A stretch of 63,997 nucleotides of DNA, counting the filler, from Trypethelium eluteriae (Eukaryota), in the NCBI GenBank assembly GCA_051942245.1. It is 4 parts of 4 records of this genome, joined end to end, with 100 filler letters (N's around TTAATTAATTAA, not from the genome) between each part and the next. Parts side by side here need not be neighbours in the genome. Positions count along the whole stretch, not along the records: positions 33,615 to 50,288 come from JAVECL010000615.1; 3 more parts are not named here. One strand, 5' to 3'. Position 1 is the stretch's first letter; each line of letters opens with the position of its first letter. The notes beneath the pieces were generated by a model. It was not told the origin of the DNA and searched no databases. It saw only the letters and a list, made by a program, of their open reading frames with translations. Of this stretch, positions 36,201-46,215 are shown piece by piece. The position numbers and the translations under genes were made by a program.

Positions 36201-37652
36201 ATGAATTTCCGTTTTAATCTATCACTCTTCATATCGGGGTTTTTTGCCTCAACCATACTCGCAGCTCCCCAAGAGAGAGGAAGCAGCCTGTTAAAGCGTC
36301 AGGATCCAGATGCACCACTCAGTGGCACCAGTACCGGCCCAACTCCAACGCCCACCGTTAGCTCCGTAGTGAGTGCAGCAACTCGCGAACCCTCCGATTC
36401 CCGGAAGCCTCCAGATGCTACAGTGACAGCAAACCGAGCGGCCATGACGCCCTATCTGTATGGTTGTGATTCTACACAGAAACCCAAGGTAAACCAGGCA
36501 TGGAATGAAGCCAGCATGCTGGCCGACGCACATGCGAAATGGAAGCCCCCTGGATGGTTTACCAGCGGCTCGTACCAGGCAGCGATGGACATGTATCTTG
36601 GTACGGATTCAAAGAATGACGATCCATGGTTTGGAACTGGCCCATTGAAGCAGAATATCAATCGCCAGCAAGGAATCCATACTACTAACGAAGATTGGTC
36701 ACCTTACTGGAGCTATGTATACATCTACTGCGACGAGAGCAAAGTTCCTGCAAAACCAAATAAACCCAAGGATGATGAATGCAGTCGTCCCAATACTCCT
36801 GGAAAGAAGGTCATGGCCTATACCTTCCCCGACGACGGCTCAATTTTTGGATGGAACGCCAAATACGTTGTGCTTTGTCCACGATTTTTCGATGATGAAA
36901 TCCTCACACTCGAACAGCAAACAAATAACGCGAAACAAGACAAGTCTATCCAGCAAGTTATGGATCCCTGGCGAAAGATTAAAGCTCGATCCCTTTTCCA
37001 CGAAACCTACCACTGGGGCCCTGCAGAGGTCTCTGACCCAATTTGCAACAGGTCACCCGAAATCTATGATGCAGGAAAAGTGGCACAGCTCGCAAGCAGT
37101 GAGAATGTTGCCGGATCGAAAACCAATGCCGAATCTTGGGCGCAGGCTGCCATGGCTTGCTACGTGATGCAAACCTTCAATTTGAAGACACCACCAGTCC
37201 CGCAAAGTCAGGCATCCCTAGCCATACAGATGGCGGTGGGGAATGTTACGGACGACATAGAAGAGAAATTCTTTGATACCGCACCCGACTGGTTCGATTC
37301 GCCAGTTGCTCTTGATGCGAATGCGTATGCTCCTTCCGGTGTTGACACGCTTGATGTCGGAGGTAGTACTACAAGTACGATGTCGGCGACTTCGTCCTCC
37401 AGTTCCACAATGCCGTCGACGGAAACTCCACCTCCTACGTCAACTTCATCGTCGTCCTCATCGTCCAGTGTGGCTCCGCCAACCTCCACGTCGACGCCGG
37501 ATATGTCCTCGTCACAGTGTACCACGTGTACAAACAATTTAGGCGCGAGCAATTGTAGTGCAGATGACGACCAATGTTTGGTGGATCAATGCAAAAACGA
37601 CACAAATTGCCAGCAGTGTGGAATCAACTGCGATCAATATGCGAACTTATAG
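36201..37652 (+). CDS. Secreted zincin metallopeptidase-like protein (M35/aspzincin-like) with S/T linker and C-terminal 8-Cys module
   Basis: Signal peptide, Kex2-type LLKR site, VVLCPRFF, HETYH (HExxH), NAESW (compare NADSY in M35), S/T/P linker, and CTTC...CSADDDQCLVDQCKNDTNCQQCGINC. Confidence 0.8.
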   Translation: MNFRFNLSLFISGFFASTILAAPQERGSSLLKRQDPDAPLSGTSTGPTPTPTVSSVVSAATREPSDSRKPPDATVTANRAAMTPYLYGCDSTQKPKVNQAWNEASMLADAHAKWKPPGWFTSGSYQAAMDMYLGTDSKNDDPWFGTGPLKQNINRQQGIHTTNEDWSPYWSYVYIYCDESKVPAKPNKPKDDECSRPNTPGKKVMAYTFPDDGSIFGWNAKYVVLCPRFFDDEILTLEQQTNNAKQDKSIQQVMDPWRKIKARSLFHETYHWGPAEVSDPICNRSPEIYDAGKVAQLASSENVAGSKTNAESWAQAAMACYVMQTFNLKTPPVPQSQASLAIQMAVGNVTDDIEEKFFDTAPDWFDSPVALDANAYAPSGVDTLDVGGSTTSTMSATSSSSSTMPSTETPPPTSTSSSSSSSSVAPPTSTSTPDMSSSQCTTCTNNLGASNCSADDDQCLVDQCKNDTNCQQCGINCDQYANL

Positions 37653-38224
37653 AGTCTGAAGTGCTTGTAAGATTGAAATTAGATAGATTTCAATGACAAT
37701 GGATTCTGATCTACCGAGACCTTGGAGCCCTTTGAGAGGGTGGATAGATATCGCATATCTCTACTAAGAGTGACAAAAACAGTCAAACTAAGACCCATCG
37801 TCCTCGCCAAATCGGTAAGTCTCTGTGTATTTGATCCAAAACTGTTCTTCAATTGGCAAATAGTTAACTACAAGCTGATCGATAGTGCCCTACAAGAAAT
37901 GGCCAGAATCTGGCCCCCGTACGTCGGGAATTTAATTGGTCCGGACACATATGTCCTGTTGCAGGCGAGCTTGCATTGCCAGCTTATGAAAGTCCCCGCG
38001 ACTGGACGAATGGATCACTTCAGCAAAATCCTCTACCGGGTCAGTGTTGCAGTTGTCGAAGCACCGGGTTGGCAGTGCATGATACCCTCTAAATTGCTGA
38101 ACAAGACCTGGAAGGTACATCATGCGTGAAGCAAAATACCACCCAAGACGTCTAAAAGTACATGAGTGCCGTACATGGATATAGTAGAGATCGTAATGGT
38201 CCGTAGGAGCCGCAACGTCTAGTG

Positions 38225-39982
38225 TCACCTTTCATTCTCCTGTGGCAACGGAGTAGGGTTTACCTCCTTCAGTGGTTCCTCCTCCGAGTGGGCTAGCACT
38301 CCATTTTTTCTTGCTTCATCTCCATGCTCTTCCTCCTCTTCATCTATAAGAGCATTCTCGTCTTCAGCGATCAATCTTCCTCTTTCATCGTTGTCTTCCG
38401 TAGGATCAGTACCCTCTCCACTTTGTCCTTCCTGTCCCTGGTTTCCTGACTGCTCCTTGATGAAGCTGTCGACAATGTAATATTGAATTGCATTCATGAC
38501 CAACGGGAATATGAACATCACGAAAACAATTTGGATGGCGGTGTTGCCTTCGGTCCACTTGAGTGCCCAGTCACCGACCCAGGGAAGCCATGGTAGCATC
38601 TGGAAGAGAACATAGACACAGAATTTCATGCCTAAGAGGCCAAGAAAGTAAATGAAGGATTGTTTGATATACCACGACCAATGAGGGGGGTCGCCATAGT
38701 ACCCAGACTTGAGAGATCCCGGCGGTTTGGCAAGAGGTGTGAGCGAGAATGCATAGTGTAGAAGGCGAAGCAGAAGTACTAACACAGGTATTCCAAAGGT
38801 GGTCTGGTCGATTAATAGTCAGTCAATCAAAAAGTTACCTACCCAGAACAATTCGACTTACATCGATGGCGAGATTCAAAAGATAGAACGAGCACGGATT
38901 CGGTTGACGGCCACTCGCATCCTGTGCACTAGCGGCACCCAGAGTCGTCGTCTTCGTACTCTGCACATCAAAAGTTCCACTTCCCAACATACTCATGGCC
39001 AGGTTCAGAAGGTGGAGCAATGCACTGCCGAGGACTTGTTTCGAAGCGTCAAAGAACCAGATGAGCAGAGGCCGCCGTGGCCTTTCGCGGTATCGTTTCC
39101 AGACCAGAGAAAGCACGGCTAGAAGGCCAAGTGCGGCCTGAACGAAGAGGGCAAAGGGCCCGAGCAGATGACATTCGCCGTCATCTTCGGAAGCTTCTTC
39201 GGAAAGAGGACCTTCTGGGGAACCAGACTCAGCTGCGGCAGGGAATGTGGGGGTTGTCGTGGGAGATATGGTAGCGATTGTTGCAAAAGCTTCTTCGTCT
39301 TCTTCCGTGACAGTAGGTGGAAGGACTGTGTCGGAGTCTGAGAGGGTTGTGGGTTGTGGTTCAGCAGACTGGCTGGTGCTTTCGGTGGCAAGTGGTTCAG
39401 GAGGTGAGGACGGCTCTGGTTCGACACCGTAGATGCCTGTAAGTTCGGTATCAAATACTATTCCAATCGTCCATTAGCTTTCCATTTCCGTACACCGAGC
39501 CCTATCGAGCATAACCCATGGCAGGAGAACGTACCAAGCGTAGCTCCTCCTGGTATTGCAGTGCCCGCACCCGCATCGCCATAAGCCAATGTAGGAGGTA
39601 TTGTAAGTCGTCTCTTCTCTCCTATACACATATCTTGAAGTCCCTCATCCCAGCCTTGAATTACCTGCCTAAGACCCAGCACGAACTGAAAAGGCTCTCC
39701 CCTGTCGTAACTCGAGTCAAACTGTTTTCCGTTTGAGGCCAGTGTACCACGGTAGTGGACGAACACCGTATCCCCAGTCCTTGTTTTGCGGGAACATTGC
39801 AAGGTGTATGTGGAGTTGATAATGAGGCCATCTTCAAGAGTCTTGATGGAAGGACTGCCAGCGGAAACCCCGCCAACTGCAGGGTCATTAAGACCATAGG
39901 CTAATCCGATGGGTAGAACTATTGCAGAGAGGCAGGCTATCAGAGAAACTAGCAGCGCAGTAACTCGTACTGGTGACCGCAT
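38225..39982 (-). CDS. Fusion of a secretory FKBP-type peptidyl-prolyl isomerase with a STIMATE/YPL162C-like multi-pass membrane domain
   Basis: Signal peptide plus FKBP domain ([40 protein letters not shown]). After intron about 39458-39534 the frame runs without a stop into [17 protein letters not shown]...[22 protein letters not shown]. Second intron about 38803-38860, then SGYYGDPP and [18 protein letters not shown]. Confidence 0.85.
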
Positions 39983-41272
39983 CGGTAACGTCCGAAACCT
40001 CTGTGCAGAGGGTAATGAAGCACCCCAAAGTACTGGCTTGTCCTAGGAGCGACCGTTTAGGAATTTAGAGTTGAAGACCCAAAGGAATTTTACTCATACA
40101 CGCCTTAAGATAGTAGGCTAGGCGTAGAAAAGACGGTCCGCGGGGAACACGGTTGACGAGACGAGAGGTGGGGTTCTTAAGGGTCGACGGAGGGTGGGAT
40201 CACAAGACGGTGAATGGGTCGGGCGTTGCAAGGGGTAGAGGACGATGGAGCGCTTTTCAAAGAATCATTAGGGAGAGGTCAGCTCAAGATCCGGTAAGTG
40301 TAGAACCAACAGGTAGTAGGGGCCAAAGGCGAGGTCTCAAAGTTGTCACAGTTGCCACGCCCAAGTGGCGGTGCTTGATACCGGCGAACATGAGAGTGGC
40401 CCAAACAGTCTGGGTGTGTCCCTATCGTATCCTACTAGTACTCCACAACACGTCGCAAGTTTCCCTCCATTTCAACGGATTACTTCGTTCAGGAGCTTGT
40501 ATGCAGCTCGGAAAAGACCATTTCAGATCCCCCACGGATAGTAAATTCAGTTTCCATGATGAATGTTGAGATCCACGCACCCCTTCATGAACCTTGTTTA
40601 TCACGATTCTATACAGAAAGGTACCTTTAACAAGCAAACCGGCGTTGCGCCGAAGCTAGAAGTACTACCCCCGAACCAGAGAGCAATACCCGGCATCCAG
40701 GTTGGTGGTTCATCAGTCACGCCTTAGGTAGCTTAGACACGTTGTCAGCATTACTCTATGCCACGTTCGAGCTTCGCTATTAATCTGTGCGAGCCCAAGC
40801 TTGATTCCAGTCACCGCATCTCTGATTCTAACATACCGCAGGCTCAATTCTCTGTTTCCAAAAGATTCACCTCTTCCCTAACTTTGTCGATTATCAGGAC
40901 GGAAAAGTTCTTGCAGGTCATCGATAGCATCCTTAAGCTTGTTCCACATGTGCGATCTTATGGATACCTAACCAGGCCTCTGAGCATACCCTTTTGTCGT
41001 CTTCTACTTCCACAAGTAGCAGGACTGATTGATGCGCCAGAATTTTGCCTGGTTCACTCAGCTAGCGCAGACAGAAAAGTTGGAACTTTATCCCTGTGCA
41101 GTCATTGGCCGTGTATGCCTATAATGGGCGTTTCGCTAAGCCCCTACAGGTGTGCGAATGCCACTCGCAGAACACTCTCTCGGCTAGAGTTATGCCTTGA
41201 GAGCTATCAAATCAAACTATGATCACAATCAGAAGATACCTGCTCATCAATCCTAATGGCCCTTTTCATGGC

Positions 41273-43105
41273 CTACGTTAGCCTCTGCCGCTCTTTGATA
41301 GCCTCTTGCTGCTTCTTCCTTTCCTTGGTAGCACGACGCCATTCTGGACCGTTTTTCATAATGTACCATAGGACCGGACTGAAAGCAATGATGAGGAGGC
41401 CATAGAACGTAGTTGTCCAGCCAATACCAATCTTATTGATCAAAGGCACCACGCCGCTGGTCACGCCAGCACCAAGCCAGCACCGAACAAGATTGTTGGC
41501 CGCTGCAGCGGTACCAGCTCTACCAGGATAGATGTCGACGAGCAAGACGGAGACGGTATTCACAGATGCGCTGATACAGAAGCCGATCAAGAAGAGGAAG
41601 ATCAACGGACCGGCTAGATTGATCTTATATTGAACCATCCAACCGAAACCAATCATGCATGCCGAGCCGAGTATCAGAGTTGGGATGGCAACTTCCAAAC
41701 GAGCTCTCTCGATGGGAAAATTGCTGAGATCGACACGACGATTGAAGTCCAGTGGCATGCCCAAACGTTTCGCGTAGGCTCTATATCTTGAGTCAATGAT
41801 CCTGCCACGTACGAAGGCTGCAAGCATGCTTCCGCAGCCTAGAGGCAGATAACACAGCGCGATTTGGATCTGATTAAAGCCATATACCGTCCCAAATTGG
41901 GAAGGGACCAGAGTCACTGTGGCATAGTATCCGCAACATACAATACCGATGTATCCTAATGCAAAGCCAGCCTCTTTCGTGAACACAATCTTGACCGTCT
42001 CGAGAGGGTTAGGGAACCTGAGCTTTCTCTCGCGCGCGAGCTCATCCCGCTTGTCGGACTGGATTGGTCGCCCTTCAGTGAGCAATCTCTTCTCGATCTT
42101 CGTGTTGATATAAGCACGGCTCCATTTCGGCGGCGGAACAGATCCATCGTCGACAACTTTCCTACACGTCTCAGGCAGAAACAGAGCGACGGCGACGAAC
42201 ACGACGCCTGCGCAAATGAGCAAGAACCAGAACACCGAGTGCCAGCCAAGGTATTGCCCAAGAAGACCACCGATGATCGGACCTAACGAAGGCCCAGCCT
42301 GAGGGGCGACTGACATGTACGAGACGTAGACACCGCGCTCCTGCGATGTGACGATGTCAGACACGACTGCATTCGCAAGTGCCACTGTGCCACTGCCACC
42401 TGCACTCTGCAGACAGCGCAAAACCATCAGTGCGGCATAATTATTCTGAACACCAAGACCAATGTTGGCGGCGACATAAATGAGGAAACATATGAAGTAG
42501 GTCGGTCTTCGTCCTGAACTGTCAGAAAATCCGCCCACGAATGCAGGTGCGAGGCCCTGCACAATCTGACGAGAATGTCAGTATGCGAGAGGTGACCTCA
42601 TAGTATAAAGAGCGCTTACTAGATAAGTCGTAATTGTCAAGTTGACCATTGAATAGGATACATGGAGGTCGGTGGCGATGGCATCAAGTGACGGAAAGTA
42701 GATCTGGCCAGAGATTGGGGAGAAGAATGAGCAGAGACCCGCGCAGACGACAATGATCCTCTTTTCGTTGTGGGTAAAGACCGAATAGGGTTTATCATCC
42801 ATCTTGTGTTCTGGATGGACGTTGGCAGCGTCATCTTCAACCTTCTCAACCTTCTCGCCTGCCTGCCCGTCCTGCCTATCTGGCCTCTGTGCAACTTCTT
42901 CTACATCGTCTTTCTGCTGGATACCAGCATACGTATCTGTGCCCGGCTTGGGTTCTGGCCTGGCGGATTCTGGCCTGGCGGATTCAGTCGCTAATGCTAT
43001 GACTTCCTCCCCAAGTCCTCTTCGCGATATTTCTTCTTGCGCTACTTGCAGATCACTTTCGGGCCTGACTGTCGTTATCCCATTGGTGTTGCGTCTGTCC
43101 GTCAT
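41273..43105 (-). CDS. MFS multidrug transporter, DHA1 (Qdr-like) family
   Basis: PYSVFT, IYFPSL, VNLTITTYL|IVQGLAP, SDSSGRRP, LRCLQSAGGS, LPETCR, FPIERARL and NNLVRC motifs. Intron about 42568-42620. Confidence 0.93.
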
Positions 43106-43615
43106 GTCTCCTGCTATTTGGTACGTAACGCAGGCATGGCCCTAATGACGGAAAAAGGTGCGCGACTGATATCACAGGAATTGGATCTTCTTAAGATCAT
43201 AAAGTGGGTTTCCAGTTTTCCCTTAGTACGGCTCTTGTAAACGGGTGCCGGTAGAGAAAAGAGCAGCTGGTTATTGCTGGCCGAGTTCGGCCCGCATCTA
43301 AGATGTCCGGCCCGCTCTGGTGGTTTTAGCGACCATCTCATCATCCCCACCCGTGCGCTACGTAGCCGGCCCTTCTGGAAGTTTGTTGTTCTGGTCGAGA
43401 CAGAAGGGTGCAGGCTCCTGCAATCGAATCATTGGCTCCTCGGTCAACTTCGGGCCGTGACATTCCCGCCTAGGTGCTGAGCAACCCCGAGCAGAAAGAG
43501 CTATCACCAATAGTGGTTTGAACAAGAGTCCGTCTGTACCCAAACAATTCCAACTACAGCATCCTGCGTATCCTGCGAATTTTCAGGTCCATTGCAATAC
43601 AATCTGATCTTAACC

Positions 43616-44260
43616 ATGACAGCACTGGCAGCCACGTTCAATGCAGCAGACGTATCCGCACCTGGCCACTACGGACCCTCCCAGACAGCCTTACTCCTTT
43701 TGGACTTTCACTCCATCTTTGTTCAGAAACATGGCGGATCAAATGCTCCTGCGGCCCTAGAAGTCGCGACCAAAATGAGGACTTGGGCAAAGTCGCAGGA
43801 CATCCAAGTAATCCATTGCCTGATCGACCTCAACGCCACCCCGTCCCCGACCTGCAAGGATGCCGATAGGCTCGCTGGTACTGTGACGGCCTTGAAATCG
43901 AGCGGTGACGAAGAGTCCATCGAATTGATTGAAGGCGGTGGCAACGATATCACGTTCACCAGAAGACCGGGCTGTGTGTCTGCGATGAATTCGCCCGGCC
44001 TAGACGACCACTTACAAGAGAAAGGCATCAAGTCGCTGGTTCTTACTGGTCTGAGCACCTCCGGATGTGTTATGAGGACTGCACTTGCGGCTAGTGACGC
44101 GGAATACGTAGTGACGGTCATCTCCGACGGCTGTGCTGACAGGGATCAGGGCCTGCATCATATGATATTAGAAAAGATGCTTAACAACAGAGGATACGTC
44201 ACCACTGCTGCTGAGTTCCAAGAAGGTTTCGCGAAGTTCTCCAATGAGAAGCGAGACTGA
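43616..44260 (+). CDS. Isochorismatase-family cysteine hydrolase
   Basis: TALLLLDFH, LVLTGLSTSGCVMRTA and VISDGCAD motifs. ATG at 43616. Confidence 0.88.
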   Translation: MTALAATFNAADVSAPGHYGPSQTALLLLDFHSIFVQKHGGSNAPAALEVATKMRTWAKSQDIQVIHCLIDLNATPSPTCKDADRLAGTVTALKSSGDEESIELIEGGGNDITFTRRPGCVSAMNSPGLDDHLQEKGIKSLVLTGLSTSGCVMRTALAASDAEYVVTVISDGCADRDQGLHHMILEKMLNNRGYVTTAAEFQEGFAKFSNEKRD

Positions 44261-45294
44261 GAGGTACGCATTTCATTAATCTCTGTGTTCCAGGGAGCGA
44301 GGGGGGTTTTTTTATGCACCGCCATGGACACTACATGCATCCTACACATCGCCATGATTGCACATATGAGGACGTAGCCGGCAGATCGGTCTAGTAAAAT
44401 ATAAATAGGCTATGCCGTCTACAATGCCAATTTGAGGCTGAAACAAGCGCTGCCTTTAGACTGGAGACTGACGGAGAATGCCATGAATGCATTTAGAGTA
44501 CAGTCTATGATAGTTATTCTACCGTCTAATGCTGTCCATTATTCCGTCCGCATGATTCCCTTCAGCCCTTGGCGGATTGTTCGCATAAATTTTTCCTCGT
44601 GCGTGCCCATGCCAAGCAAATTTCGAGAGCTAACACTCGGTGATATAGGGCTAAGCACCAATCATCTGATAATTCAACTCAGAGTTGCAAACTATCAAAC
44701 AGCTCGTGTCGGAAGAAATTATCGCAATTAGAGGACCCTTTTTCCATTTTTCCGTGGCTCCGCCTATCTTCTTCAGGCGCAGATCGGTCATGCCGGAAAA
44801 AACTCTCGCCGCCACCTCAAAGGCTTAGTGCTGGGCTTCTTTGCGTACGTCGAACAGCTGAATTAGAGGTGTTATTGGGCTCAAGCATTGAACGAAAATA
44901 TGAAAGCCCAGTGAAGTTGTAATGGCTCCAAAGGGATACGAGCCGGCACTAAAGTATGAGAACAAATCAATGCTCTGCTGTTGTAGCCAGACACGCCAAA
45001 TACTCAATCTTACCTAAAGATATAGATACTAACACAGAGCTGTATGAGGCGACGAGTTCACTCCAATTTTAGTTTCGGTCAGTGCGAATGATTACTCAGG
45101 CATGAGTTTCCTCCCATCTGAAAGAGATTTTGCTAGCTAGAAGAAATCATTGATGCCCTTGTTCAGACCGCTTTGCCTCTTTCAAATACACTTACGCTAC
45201 ATATATGCAGGTACACTTTTATTCTCGGACCTTCAGAGCGGAATTGTACTGGTTTCTTTATCATTCATGACTCCTGCGCCTATTTTCTGTCACG

Positions 45295-45931
45295 ATGTCG
45301 AATAAGGGCTTACAACGAAGTGTTGTTACCCCAGAAATAACTCTTTCTACTTCTAGCTTGCGCGTCAATCTTGGCCCTCTAACAACGACTTTTACCCCTC
45401 CAGAGTTGTGCGATGCGCCTATGACACAAACAGAGGGTGATCCACCGTACTCCGCCTAGCCCAAAATTTCGTCACAGGAAGTACTTCGGATGATCCATCC
45501 TGCTGGCTACTTCCGCTTAACAAATTTTATGGCACTAATGCACTCAACGGCTACGGATTCTTCTCCCCTGGTTATATTTGTCCTTTCGGCTTCACAAGCG
45601 CCTGCTCGCAGTCTGTAGGCACATTATCAGATCGGGCTACTACCCCCAGGAGCTTCTTATTCCAATATTCACTCACTGGTGCAGAACGTGGTGTAGGTTG
45701 CTGCCCATCGTAAGTCCTTGCATCGCCGATATCACCCCATTTCCTCCCTACTGTTGAATCTGATATCTAATTAGGGGCTACTCTTGTACATATACCGACA
45801 TAAATGACTATATGATCCAGACATGCCGCGCTATGCCAGATTCCCATAGTTATTCGGCAATATTTTGTGACGCCGACCCTCCGGACCTGGCTCAGGGTCC
45901 AGCGGAGATAACCGTTAGCTCCGTGATCTAA
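45295..45931 (+). pseudogene. Frameshifted member of the fungal Cys-rich LTTTFTPP...SPG.CP.G...GCCPSGY protein family
   Basis: ATG 45295 frame gives VNLGPLTTTFTPPELC and stops at TAG near 45457. A shifted frame continues DDPSCW...LNGYGFFSPGYICPFGFTSAC...FQYSLTGAERGVGCCPS, then intron GTAAGT...TAG, then GYSC...QTC, ending early at TAA 45931. Confidence 0.72.
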
Positions 45932-46027
45932 TAAAATAGCGGATTGAGCAGCAGGGTCCACAGCTAATGAGATGAAAGACCCTGCCGTCACAAAGAATTC
46001 TCACCAGTTCTTTGAGGAATCGTAGTC

Positions 46028-46145
46028 AGGATGGGATGGGATGAGATGGGGCTTCCCATCCCATTGATGATACACAGCGCTAGCTAAAACTGGATCTTTC
46101 CACTGGGATCCTGGGGCTCGGCCTTAAAGCGGGATATCCCATCCT
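46028..46145. mobile_element. MITE-like or transposon-end remnant built from GGGAT/ATCCC motifs
   Basis: 10-bp inverted termini AGGATGGGAT / ATCCCATCCT, plus an internal 11-bp perfect stem ATGGGATGGGA (46031-46041) / TCCCATCCCAT (46054-46064). No clear target-site duplication. Confidence 0.45.
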
Positions 46146-46215
46146 ATTTCAGGTCCTCGCAACTGAAACTCAAATCGATCGCCAAAGGCCCGCTGATTGA
46201 TTGGACAATGATCAT

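Noticed and set aside
41273..44260. Secondary-metabolite cluster (MFS transporter plus isochorismatase)
   Set aside because: No PKS, NRPS, terpene synthase or pathway regulator on the contig; at most a divergent detoxification pair.
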